Positions 10,203 through 19,261 of a stretch of DNA of 64,000 bases are shown here, in pieces. Position numbers and translations under genes: made by a program. Below the pieces are notes generated by a model that was not told the origin of the DNA, did no database searches, and worked only from the letters and a program-made list of their open reading frames with translations. Every line of letters begins with the position of its first letter. The stretch's first letter is position 1. This DNA is from an uncultured Bacilli bacterium (lineage in GTDB: Bacteria; Bacillota_I; Bacilli_A; RF39; UBA660), in assembly GCA_910584655.1 (NCBI GenBank), contig CAJUBJ010000005.1, forward strand, positions 16,229 through 80,228, given 5' to 3'.

Positions 10203-11981
10203 ATGGGTATCTTAGATATGAAATTTTTTAGTTTAATAGGTTTTAAGAAAAAGCCTCATGCTGCATGGAAAAAATATTATGATAAAAAGGATATGAATTT
10301 TGAAGTTCCTAATATATCAATTTATCAATATTTAAAAAACAAATCATTAACAAATAACTATAAAGATAATATAGCTATAGAATATTATGGAACCAAAATA
10401 ACTTATTCTGAATTTTATAAGAATATTGACAAAGTTGCGAAATCATTTCGTAGTCAAGGAATCCGTCGTGGGGATGTAGTAACTATTTTATCAGCAAATA
10501 CGCCAGAAGCTGTTATGTCATTTTATGCTCTTAATAAAATTGGTGCAGTAGCCAATATGGTTCATCCATTATCAGCAGAGAATGAAATTAAAGAGGCCTT
10601 AAATAGATATTCAACAGTTATGTTAGTTGCTATGGACATAACATATAATAAAGTAAAAAATATAATAAATGATACAGAAGTATATAAGACTATTATTATA
10701 TCTGCTAAAGATTCAATGCCTACACTTATGAAAATAGGGTATGAAGTAACTCAAGGATATAAAGTAGAAAAGCCAAAAAAAAGTGAAGACTTTATATATT
10801 GGAAGGACTTCATTAAATTTGGTGAAAAATATAGTAAAGATAAAGTTGCCGAAGAAACAAAAAGAGATACACCAGCAGTCATACTTCATAGTGGCGGAAC
10901 AACCGGAACTCCTAAAGGCATTGTCTTATCAAATGGAAACTTTAATGCAGCAACAATTCAATCAGAACGTGCTTTGCCTGATTTAAATAGAGATGATGTA
11001 ATTCTTGCTATTATGCCAATCTTCCACGGATTTGGCTTATCAGTTAGTATTACAGATGCTTTTGCAGTAGGAGCTAAAGTAGTATTGATTCCTACATTTA
11101 AAGCAAGTGAATTTGATAAACTCTTAACAAAACATAAACCAAGTGTATTAGTAGGAGTACCAACTTTATTTGAAGCATTAACAACTAATGAACGTATGAA
11201 AGATGTGAATTTATCTAATTTAAAATATGTTATTGGTGGAGGAGACACATTAAGTAAAAAAAGAGTGGAAACAATTAATAAATTTTTACATGAACATGGA
11301 GCAAATACTAACTTTACGCAAGGATTTGGTATGACAGAAGCAGTAGCATGTGTAAGTTTTGACTTAAAATATGCATCTCATCCTGGAACAGTTGGAATTC
11401 CTTGGCCAGGTACATATGTTCAAATCACTAAGCCAGGAACAGACGAACCAGTTCCATTTGGAGAAGATGGTGAGATATGTATTTGTGGTCCAACTGTAAT
11501 GTTAGGCTACTATAATAATGAAAAAGAAACAAACGAAGCTCTACACATTCATAAAGATGGCAACGTATGGTTACACTCAGGAGATATAGGTTCTATGGAT
11601 AAAGACGGATTTATAACCTATAAACAAAGACTAAAACGCATGATAGTAACTTCTGGATACAACGTGTATCCATCCCAAATAGAAGAAGTTATTGAACGCC
11701 ATCCAGCAGTAATGGATAGTTCAGTAATAGGAATTCCACATCCATATAAAGTAGAAGTTGCAAAAGCGTTTATAGCTTTAAAACAAGGATATAAAGATAC
11801 ACCAAAACTTCGTTCAGAAATAGAAGAACTATGTAAAAAAAATCTTGCATCATATTCGATACCAAAAGAGTATGAATTTAGAAAATCTTTACCAAAAACT
11901 ATGATAGGTAAAGTTGATTTCAGAAAACTTCAACAAGAAAACAACGAAAAGAGAATGGAGGAACGTCATGGAAAGCAGTAA
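10203..11981 (+). CDS. AMP-forming acyl-CoA/acyl-ACP synthetase (FadD/Aas-like adenylate-forming enzyme)
   Basis: AMP-binding core HSGGTTGTPKG, GFGMTE, HSGDIGSMDKDGF, YKQRLKRMIVTSGYNVYPSQIE, C-terminal catalytic GKVDFRKL. Starts 2 nt after the upstream stop. Confidence 0.88.
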   Translation: MGILDMKFFSLIGFKKKPHAAWKKYYDKKDMNFEVPNISIYQYLKNKSLTNNYKDNIAIEYYGTKITYSEFYKNIDKVAKSFRSQGIRRGDVVTILSANTPEAVMSFYALNKIGAVANMVHPLSAENEIKEALNRYSTVMLVAMDITYNKVKNIINDTEVYKTIIISAKDSMPTLMKIGYEVTQGYKVEKPKKSEDFIYWKDFIKFGEKYSKDKVAEETKRDTPAVILHSGGTTGTPKGIVLSNGNFNAATIQSERALPDLNRDDVILAIMPIFHGFGLSVSITDAFAVGAKVVLIPTFKASEFDKLLTKHKPSVLVGVPTLFEALTTNERMKDVNLSNLKYVIGGGDTLSKKRVETINKFLHEHGANTNFTQGFGMTEAVACVSFDLKYASHPGTVGIPWPGTYVQITKPGTDEPVPFGEDGEICICGPTVMLGYYNNEKETNEALHIHKDGNVWLHSGDIGSMDKDGFITYKQRLKRMIVTSGYNVYPSQIEEVIERHPAVMDSSVIGIPHPYKVEVAKAFIALKQGYKDTPKLRSEIEELCKKNLASYSIPKEYEFRKSLPKTMIGKVDFRKLQQENNEKRMEERHGKQ

Positions 11982-12618
11982 AAAATTAAGCACATGGGGT
12001 TACAAATTATTTAGACCTTTCCTAGGTCCAATATTTAAATTTTATTACAATCCTAAAATTATTAATAAAGAAGCAATACCTTCAGATGGAACAATCCTAA
12101 TAGTTGGTAACCATAAACATATAATGGATCAATGCTCAGTAATTGTGTCAACCAAAAGAGTAATTCATTATATGGCAAAGAAAGAATATTTTGATGGTAA
12201 GATGGCTTGGTTTTTTAAAGCTACTGGCTGTATATCAGTAAACCGAAGTATTCATGATGATAAAGCAAAAGGGTTAGCAATAGATGTGTTGAATGATGGT
12301 GGAGCAATCGGTCTATTTCCAGAAGGAACTAGAAATAAAACTAATGATAAATTATTACTAGATTTTAAATTTGGTACTGTATCTATGGCCAATAAAACAG
12401 ATGCTACTATAGTTCCATACGCTGTTACAGGAGACTATAAATTTCGCAGTAAAAATTTAATGATTCGTTTTGGTACTCCATTTAAAATCGGTAAGATGAA
12501 TCTTGAAGAAGCAAATGAAAAATTATATAAAGAGATTGAAAAATTAATGAAAGAAAATCTTAAAGCAACAAATAGAACTTTAGAAGAAGAACTAAATAGC
12601 CGTTGTCAAGACGCATAA
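11968..12618 (+). CDS. PlsC/LPLAT-family lysophospholipid acyltransferase (copy 2)
   Basis: HX4D motif NHKHIMD and FPEGTRNK block. ATG at 11968 follows GGAGGA and overlaps the ligase 3' end by 14 nt. Confidence 0.85.
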   Translation: MESSKKLSTWGYKLFRPFLGPIFKFYYNPKIINKEAIPSDGTILIVGNHKHIMDQCSVIVSTKRVIHYMAKKEYFDGKMAWFFKATGCISVNRSIHDDKAKGLAIDVLNDGGAIGLFPEGTRNKTNDKLLLDFKFGTVSMANKTDATIVPYAVTGDYKFRSKNLMIRFGTPFKIGKMNLEEANEKLYKEIEKLMKENLKATNRTLEEELNSRCQDA

Positions 12619-12621
12619 TAA

Positions 12622-12664
12622 AAAGTAGTAGAGACAGGTAATTTCTTTACTACTTTTTATTTAA
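12622..12664 (+). terminator. Rho-independent terminator
   Basis: 9-bp stem aaagtagta/tactacttt, then T-run. Confidence 0.7.
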
Positions 12665-12687
12665 AGTAAAATTATTACATTATTATT

Positions 12688-12716
12688 TTGCAATAAGTTG
12701 TAAAAGATACTATAAT
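12688..12716 (+). promoter_or_regulatory. Sigma-A-type promoter for the COG0523 gene
   Basis: TTGCAA, exact 17-nt spacer, TATAAT. Located 27 nt upstream of the start codon region. Confidence 0.55.
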
Positions 12717-12742
12717 AATATAGACAGAAAGAGGAGAGTATA

Positions 12743-14014
12743 ATGCATAAAAGTATACCTATAACATTATTAACTGGATATTTAGGAAGTGGAAAAACTA
12801 CACTTCTAAATCATATTTTAAATAATCAAGAAGGATATAAAATAGCTGTTATCGTAAATGATATTGGAGAAGTAAATATAGATGCTGATTTAATTCAAAA
12901 AGGTGGCGTAGTAAGTGGCAAAGATGATTCACTTGTAGCACTTCAAAATGGCTGTATTTGTTGTACACTTAACACAGATCTTTTAGAACAATTGCAAGAT
13001 ATTATTGAAACAAAGAAATTCGATTATATTATTATAGAAGCTAGTGGCATATGTGAACCAATTCCAATTGCTCAAACAATTACCGCTTTAGAAGATGCTT
13101 ATCTTGAGTATAAAATGCCAAAACTTTGTTATCTAGATTCTATTGTAACAGTTGTAGATGCTAAAAGATTAAGTGACGAATATAATAATGGTGGAGACTT
13201 GCTTAACGATAAAATAGACGATCAAGATATTGAAAATCTTGTTATAGAGCAAATTGAATTTTGCGATACTATAATCTTAAATAAAGTAGATGAAGTAAGC
13301 AATGATGAACTAAGTAGTGTCAAAGATGTTATTAAAGCTTTACAACCAAATGCTGATATTATTGAAACAAACTATGCTAAAGTAGATTTAAAAAATATTT
13401 TAGAAACTCATAAATTTAACTTTGAAAAAGCAGCAACATCATCAGGATGGTATACAGAATTAGATAAGGATTTAGAAGAAAGAGAAATAGAAGAAGAACA
13501 TCATCATTGTCACCATCATGACGATGAAGAAGAACATCAATGTTGTGGCCATTGTGGACATCACCATGAAGAAGAGCATGAATGTCATTGTCATGAAGAA
13601 GGACATGAATGCCATTGTGGTCATCATCATGAAAATGGTCATGATCACGTGGAAGAATATGGAATTAGCACATTTGTTTACTATCGTCGTGAGCCAATGG
13701 ATCGTAAAAAATTCTATGAATATATTGGAAAACCTTGGCCAAAGAAGATTATTAGAGCTAAGGGAATAACATACTTTAATGATGATAAAAATATGTCTTA
13801 CATGTTTGAACAAGCAGGTTCCCTAAAAGACATTAGTGAGGCAGGTCCATGGCTAGCAACTGAGTCACCAAAATTTATTAAAGAAGTTATGGAATCGAAT
13901 CCTGATATAGAAAAAGATTGGGATCCATTCTATGGCGATCGTATGGTTAAAATAGTTTTCATTGGAAAAGGTATTTCTAAAGAAGAAATATGTGAAGAAT
14001 TAGATAAAATATAA
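12743..14014 (+). CDS. COG0523 (CobW/YeiR/ZigA-type) metallochaperone GTPase with His/Cys/Glu-rich insert
   Basis: P-loop GYLGSGKTTLLN and metal-binding GCICCTL (CxCC). A 53-aa tract EEEHHHCHHHDDEEEHQCCGHCGHHHEEEHECHCHEEGHECHCGHHHENGHDH separates the GTPase and C-terminal CobW_C-like domains. Confidence 0.88.
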   Translation: MHKSIPITLLTGYLGSGKTTLLNHILNNQEGYKIAVIVNDIGEVNIDADLIQKGGVVSGKDDSLVALQNGCICCTLNTDLLEQLQDIIETKKFDYIIIEASGICEPIPIAQTITALEDAYLEYKMPKLCYLDSIVTVVDAKRLSDEYNNGGDLLNDKIDDQDIENLVIEQIEFCDTIILNKVDEVSNDELSSVKDVIKALQPNADIIETNYAKVDLKNILETHKFNFEKAATSSGWYTELDKDLEEREIEEEHHHCHHHDDEEEHQCCGHCGHHHEEEHECHCHEEGHECHCGHHHENGHDHVEEYGISTFVYYRREPMDRKKFYEYIGKPWPKKIIRAKGITYFNDDKNMSYMFEQAGSLKDISEAGPWLATESPKFIKEVMESNPDIEKDWDPFYGDRMVKIVFIGKGISKEEICEELDKI

Positions 14015-14036
14015 TTAAAATAAATCTTTAATATTT

Positions 14037-14061
14037 AAGAAGGTAAATCCTTCTTTTTTTT
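14037..14061 (+). terminator. Rho-independent terminator
   Basis: Stem aagaagg/ccttctt, loop taaat, T8. Confidence 0.75.
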
Positions 14062-14102
14062 ACTAAATATGATAAAATAATTATTAGAAAAGAGTGAATA
14101 AT

Positions 14103-15608
14103 ATGAAACAACCATTAATTTTATGTATATTAGACGGATGTGGTATTAGAGAAGAATCTAAAGGAAATGCATTTAAAAATGCTAATAAGCCAACTTTTGA
14201 TTATTTAATGCAAAATTATCCACATACTACATTAGATGCATCTGGAAAACCAGTCGGATTGCCAAATATGCAAATGGGAAACTCTGAAGTAGGTCATATG
14301 AATATTGGAGCAGGACGTGTAGTTTATCAACCTCAAGAATTAATCAATAATTCTATTGAGAATAAAGAATTTTTTAAGAATGAAAATATTCTTAAAGTAA
14401 TAAATCATACAAAAGAAAATAATTCTAAATTACATATTATGGGACTTATAAGCGATGGAGGAATTCATTCTCGTGTTGAACACTTATTAGCTCTTGTTGA
14501 TATGTGTGCTAAAAACAATGTAAAAGAATTATATTTCCATTTATTTACGGATGGAAGAGATACAGATATTCATAGTGCTCCAAGATTTATTAAAATGCTT
14601 GAAGATAAAATATCTGAAGTAAATATTGGTAAAATCTCTACCATATCAGGTCGATATTATGCTATGGATAGAGATAATAACTATGATAGACTAAAACTAG
14701 CTTATGATGCCATTTGTTATGGAATAGGTGAAGAATACGAAACACCAGCAAAACTTCTTAAAGAATCATATGATAAAGATATAACAGATGAATTTATTAT
14801 TCCTTCAATAATAAATGATGGAAAGTTATCTGACAATGATGGAATTATTATATTTAATTATCGCCCAGATAGACTAAGAGAAATGTGTACAGCTATAACT
14901 AATCCTAGTGCATCACCTATGGAAACAACATCATTTAATAACATAAAATTAGTTTCAATGATGCCAATAACTGACACAGTAAAAGGCCTTACTGCTTTCA
15001 ATCATCAAGAGTTAGATAATACTTTAGGTAAATACTTAAGTGACTTAGGACTATCACAATTACGTATTGCTGAAACAGAAAAATATGCTCATGTTACATA
15101 TTTCTTTGATGGTGGAAAAGACTTAGAATTGCAAAATGCTAATCGTATTTTAGTTGCTTCACCTAAAGTAGCAACATATGATTTACAACCTGAAATGAGT
15201 GCCGGTGAGGTTACAGATAAATTACTTGCAGAACTAGATAAAGATTACTTAGATGTTGTTATATTAAACTTTGCAAATGGAGATATGATAGGTCACACAG
15301 GAAACTATGATGCCGCAATTAAAGCTGTGGAATTTATGGATTCTTGCCTTAAAAGAATTTATACTAAATTAGAAGAATCAAACGGAACATTAATAGTAAC
15401 AGCAGACCATGGTAATTGTGATGTGATGATTAATGATGATGGAACACCTTGCACAACGCATACAACTAACAAAGTTCCATTTATAGTAACAAGAAAAGAT
15501 ATAGAATTAAAAAGTGGAGGTAAACTCGCTGATATTGCTCCAACAATGCTAAATCTCTTAAAGTTACCAATACCAGTTGAAATAAAAGGGGACTCTTTAA
15601 TTAAGTAA
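14103..15608 (+). CDS. gpmI: 2,3-bisphosphoglycerate-independent phosphoglycerate mutase
   Basis: LCILDGCG..., catalytic-serine block MGNSEVGHMNIGAGR, ...GGIHS..., C-terminal TADHGN. Length ~500 aa. Confidence 0.93.
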   Translation: MKQPLILCILDGCGIREESKGNAFKNANKPTFDYLMQNYPHTTLDASGKPVGLPNMQMGNSEVGHMNIGAGRVVYQPQELINNSIENKEFFKNENILKVINHTKENNSKLHIMGLISDGGIHSRVEHLLALVDMCAKNNVKELYFHLFTDGRDTDIHSAPRFIKMLEDKISEVNIGKISTISGRYYAMDRDNNYDRLKLAYDAICYGIGEEYETPAKLLKESYDKDITDEFIIPSIINDGKLSDNDGIIIFNYRPDRLREMCTAITNPSASPMETTSFNNIKLVSMMPITDTVKGLTAFNHQELDNTLGKYLSDLGLSQLRIAETEKYAHVTYFFDGGKDLELQNANRILVASPKVATYDLQPEMSAGEVTDKLLAELDKDYLDVVILNFANGDMIGHTGNYDAAIKAVEFMDSCLKRIYTKLEESNGTLIVTADHGNCDVMINDDGTPCTTHTTNKVPFIVTRKDIELKSGGKLADIAPTMLNLLKLPIPVEIKGDSLIK

Positions 15609-15609
15609 A

Positions 15610-15635
15610 AATGTAGAGAAATCTACATTTTTTTG
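15610..15635 (+). terminator. Rho-independent terminator
   Basis: 8-bp stem aatgtaga/tctacatt, GAAA loop, T-run. Confidence 0.75.
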
Positions 15636-15696
15636 TTAACTATTTCCAGTATGCAATTTATATTATTTTAAATAATAAAACTATTAGGTGATACAT

Positions 15697-17034
15697 ATGA
15701 AAAAGAAAATATTTCTCTTTATAGTACTATTCTTTATTATACTTACTTATCCAAAGGCAGAAAATATAATAAATTATGATTGGTCATTTAATAAAACAAA
15801 CTATAATTATGGATATGGATTAAACAATGTTTTAATAGTTAATAATAAATATCTTACTTGGCACATAGATAAAGAAAACTTTAATAATATAATAACCTTA
15901 TATAGTGAATCAGGAAATGAACTAACTAGCTTTGAACCAGAAATCGAAAATCCTATAGTAGATATAATATATTATGACAATAATTATATTACCATTGATA
16001 AATTAGGTACAATATATAAATTAGATAAAGATTTTAAAATTATAAGAAGTATAACTAATTCTGAGAAAAATCCTATTATTAATGATAAGTCAGAACTTAA
16101 AATTTCTCAAAATACAATATATTATATCGATAAAATTAATAACAATATATTTAGTACAGACTATCAGTTAAATAATTATAAATATTATACCTTATCTAAT
16201 AAAAATACTATTGAACAAATTTTAACTTCAATTCCTTTCTTAAATGAAGCAGACAAAATATATTTTAGTTATTTAGAGAATAATGAAGATGTTATTATTA
16301 CTGATATATTTGAAAATAATTCTTTTTATTACATAACAAGCTATAATAAAAAAGATACAGATTTAAAATCTTCATTAAAACTTGTTGATGAGAATTTAAA
16401 CGTTATATGGGAAGATACCTATAATGATTTAATTCCTATAAATGTCTTGCAGTTTAAGGATTATATTTTTGTTTTATCAACTAGCCCAGAAAATCAAAAT
16501 TATAATATAAAAGTATATAATAAAGAACATCATTTAATTAATGAAGAAATAATAAAATTAAAAGACAAAAATGCAATTCCAATTTCATTTATAGCAGACG
16601 ACCGAAATCTTCTAATAAAATCTATTATTTACAAAGCAGAAAAAGTACTTACATTAGATATTGCTGAAAATTATTCTGAAATAATAATTGATAAATATAA
16701 TATAAAACTTTTTAATATAAAAAGTGTAATTAAAGGTGAAGGAACAATAGAAGTAGATGAAAATGCTATTACAGGAGATTTAGTTAAATTTAAAATTATA
16801 GCTAAAAATGGTTATAAACTAGAAAAACTAAGTATTAAAGATATAGATGGAAATTCTCTCCCTCTAAGTGATTATACTTTTAAAATGCCTTCATCGGATG
16901 TCACAATAACGGCTATATTTGTTCCAGAAAATCCTAATACATCAGATAATATTTCTAATTTAATTTTATTATTTAGTATATCTCTAGTCATTTTAATAAT
17001 TTCAATTTATAAACACAAAAGATGCAAAATATAA
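15697..17034 (+). CDS. Secreted surface protein with beta-propeller-like N/Y-rich repeats, Ig-like repeat and C-terminal anchor-like tail
   Basis: Signal peptide MKKKIFLFIVLFFIILTYPKA. Near the C-terminus, GYKLEKLSIKDIDGNSLPLSDYTFKMPSSDVTITAIF resembles InlB-B/Listeria-Bacteroides-type repeats. The protein ends ENPNTSDN, then a hydrophobic helix, then KHKRCKI. Confidence 0.6.
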   Translation: MKKKIFLFIVLFFIILTYPKAENIINYDWSFNKTNYNYGYGLNNVLIVNNKYLTWHIDKENFNNIITLYSESGNELTSFEPEIENPIVDIIYYDNNYITIDKLGTIYKLDKDFKIIRSITNSEKNPIINDKSELKISQNTIYYIDKINNNIFSTDYQLNNYKYYTLSNKNTIEQILTSIPFLNEADKIYFSYLENNEDVIITDIFENNSFYYITSYNKKDTDLKSSLKLVDENLNVIWEDTYNDLIPINVLQFKDYIFVLSTSPENQNYNIKVYNKEHHLINEEIIKLKDKNAIPISFIADDRNLLIKSIIYKAEKVLTLDIAENYSEIIIDKYNIKLFNIKSVIKGEGTIEVDENAITGDLVKFKIIAKNGYKLEKLSIKDIDGNSLPLSDYTFKMPSSDVTITAIFVPENPNTSDNISNLILLFSISLVILIISIYKHKRCKI

Positions 17035-17050
17035 TTTTTGCATCTTTTTA
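17017..17050. terminator. Bidirectional terminator hairpin shared by convergent genes
   Basis: 13-bp stem aaaagatgcaaaa/ttttgcatctttt with A-run and T-run flanks. It spans both stop codons. Confidence 0.75.
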
Positions 17051-18385
17051 TAATCCAAGTAAAACACTTGCAATTTTAAAATAAACAATTAATGAACCAG
17101 CATCAACTATAGTTGTAATAATTGGGTTAGCCATAACAGCTGGGTCAAGCTTTAATTTATCAGCAAGAATAGGAAGTATTGCCCCAATAATCTTAGCTAG
17201 TAATACAGTTAGAAATAGTGATAGACAAACAATTAATGCTACCATAAAAGTTACTTTATCTAACAATATTAATTTAAAAAAATTACATACTGCTAAAGTT
17301 AAACCACATATAATACCAACAGTACTTTCTTTTAATAAAACTTTAAATATATCTTTAAACTCAACTTCATCCAAAGATAAAGCACGTATAATAGTAACCG
17401 AAGCTTGACCCCCAGCATTACCTCCAGTACCCATTATCATTGGAATAAATGAAGTCAATATTACATAACTAGCTAAAGCTGATTCATAGTTACCAATAAT
17501 TCCTCCAGTAAACGTTGCACTAATCATTAAAAACAATAACCAAGGCATACGACTTTTATAAATATCCCATAAACTCATTTTTAAATATGATTTTTCGGTA
17601 GGAAGAATAGCAGCCATCTTTTCCATATCCTCAGTAGTTTCTTCTTCCATAATATCAATAATATCATCAATAGTAATAACACCAACTAATCTTCCTTCTA
17701 AATCAACAACAGGTAAAGTAGAGTAATCATAATCTTGAAAACATTTAGCTACATCTTCTTGATCCATTTGTGTAGAAAGTTTATGTTCACATTCTTCCAT
17801 AATATCATCAATTAACATTCTTGTATCATTTATAAGTAAGTCTTTAACAGAAACTCTACCAAGTAATTTTCTTTCATTATCTGTAACAAAACAAGAATCA
17901 TACGAAACAAAATCATCTGCTTGCTTTCTTATTCTTTCGATAGATTTCTTAATAGTTAAACCTTTTTTTAAATGAATATATTCAATAGCCATTAAAGAAC
18001 CAGCACTATTTTCTGGATATTTTAATAATTTATTTATATCATTTCTTGTTTCTTTATCTACATTACTAAGTAATGAAGTAACAAGCATAGCTGGCATTTC
18101 TTCAAATAAGTCAGCTGCATCATCAGTAAACATATCTTCAATAATATGTTTAGCTTCCGCTTTTGTTAAAGATGCTATTAATTCTCTTTGTACTTCTTCA
18201 TCCATATTAACAAAAACATCTACAGCTTGATCCTTTGGTAGCAATCTAAAAGCCTGAATTAAAAGCTCACTTGGTAACTCTTCAATAACCGAGGCGATAT
18301 CATACTCATTCATCTCTTGCAAAATTTTCTTAACGTCAGCCAACTTCTTATTTGTTAGCATTTCCTTTAAATTTTCTAATTCCAT
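17048..18385 (-). CDS. mgtE: Magnesium transporter MgtE
   Basis: MgtE N-domain, tandem CBS (..LPVVDLEGRLVGVITIDDIIDIMEEE..) and a C-terminal 5-TM MgtE channel domain (..GTGGNAGGQAS..). Confidence 0.92.
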   Translation of the reverse strand: MELENLKEMLTNKKLADVKKILQEMNEYDIASVIEELPSELLIQAFRLLPKDQAVDVFVNMDEEVQRELIASLTKAEAKHIIEDMFTDDAADLFEEMPAMLVTSLLSNVDKETRNDINKLLKYPENSAGSLMAIEYIHLKKGLTIKKSIERIRKQADDFVSYDSCFVTDNERKLLGRVSVKDLLINDTRMLIDDIMEECEHKLSTQMDQEDVAKCFQDYDYSTLPVVDLEGRLVGVITIDDIIDIMEEETTEDMEKMAAILPTEKSYLKMSLWDIYKSRMPWLLFLMISATFTGGIIGNYESALASYVILTSFIPMIMGTGGNAGGQASVTIIRALSLDEVEFKDIFKVLLKESTVGIICGLTLAVCNFFKLILLDKVTFMVALIVCLSLFLTVLLAKIIGAILPILADKLKLDPAVMANPIITTIVDAGSLIVYFKIASVLLGL

Positions 18386-18544
18386 ATAATATCACTCCTC
18401 TTCCTTTTCTTTTTCAACCATACTTATATCACAATTATTCTAAAAAATAAAGTTTATGCCTATAATTTAAGTAGATTGACAACTTTATTTGATAGGAGTA
18501 CAATTTATCGTGTAATACAAATTTCTTTTAAGAGAGGGTTTTTT

Positions 18545-19261
18545 ATGAAAAAATTTATAAAAGGAATAAAAAAATACTTAATTCCAATAATCTTATTAAT
18601 ATTATCTCTAACTATATTAATAACATTTTGCATTTCTTATTATATAGAAACACATTCAGTTAATAAAGATTTCTCATCACTAGATTTATCCAATGTTGAT
18701 AATTTAATGATTGTTGCTCATCCAGATGACGAATTATTATGGGGCGGTGCTCATTTAATTAAAGATAACTATTTAGTAGTCTGTATAACATGTGGCACAA
18801 ATCAAGTAAGAGTAAACGAATTTGTTCGTATAATGAATGAAACAAATGATAAATATATTATGCTAGGATATCCAGATAAGACAAATGGTGAACGTGATAG
18901 TTGGGATAATCATCGTTCTAATATATCTAAAGATTTAAATGAAATTATAAATTTAAAAGAGTGGAATATTATTGTAACTCATAATCCTGATGGAGAATAT
19001 GGTCATCAGCATCATAAAATGACAAGTTCTATAACAACAGAAAATGTTATAACAGATAATCTATATTACTTTGGTAAATATCATAGTAAAAAAGCTATTA
19101 CAAATTATTATGATGAAATGGCTCCAATTAATGATAATTATATATCTCCTAAAAGAAAACTTATAGGAGTATATAAATCTCAAAAATTTATTCAAACAAT
19201 GTTTGATCATATGTATCCTTATGAGGATTGGATTAAAGCAACAGAATGGAGTAATGACTAG
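18545..19261 (+). CDS. PIG-L/LmbE-family N-acetylglucosaminyl deacetylase with N-terminal membrane anchor
   Basis: AHPDDELLWGG motif plus GEYGHQHHKM (HxxH). An N-terminal KK-rich segment is followed by the TM helix YLIPIILLILSLTILITFCISYYI. Start set at the ATG after GAGAGGG. Confidence 0.8.
   Translation: MKKFIKGIKKYLIPIILLILSLTILITFCISYYIETHSVNKDFSSLDLSNVDNLMIVAHPDDELLWGGAHLIKDNYLVVCITCGTNQVRVNEFVRIMNETNDKYIMLGYPDKTNGERDSWDNHRSNISKDLNEIINLKEWNIIVTHNPDGEYGHQHHKMTSSITTENVITDNLYYFGKYHSKKAITNYYDEMAPINDNYISPKRKLIGVYKSQKFIQTMFDHMYPYEDWIKATEWSND

Noticed and set aside
9193-11248. Short internal or antisense ORFs (9193-9507-, 9801-10001-, 10783-10986+, 10958-11248-) within the kinase, acyltransferase and ligase genes
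   Set aside because: Each overlaps a motif-supported gene in another frame or strand. None has an RBS or a recognisable motif.
12664-12681. Zur-box-like imperfect palindrome GTAAAATTATTAC upstream of the COG0523 promoter
   Set aside because: The half-sites GTAA/TTAC are present, but the spacing differs from the Firmicute Zur consensus (TCGTAAT-N-ATTACGA). It lies upstream of the -35 rather than over the promoter. In this AT-rich DNA such a match is expected by chance.
13472-13813. Minus-strand 113-aa and plus-strand 83-aa ORFs overlapping the His/Cys tract of the COG0523 gene
   Set aside because: They are alternative-frame readings of the CAT/CAC/GAA/TGT-repetitive tract. The frame-1 product has the P-loop, CxCC and C-terminal domain on either side, so it is the real gene.
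18386-18544. Looked for an M-box (Mg2+) riboswitch in the mgtE leader
   Set aside because: Only ~90-160 nt are available between mgtE and the divergent PIG-L gene. The AT-rich sequence lacks the conserved GC-rich M-box helices, so no riboswitch is called.
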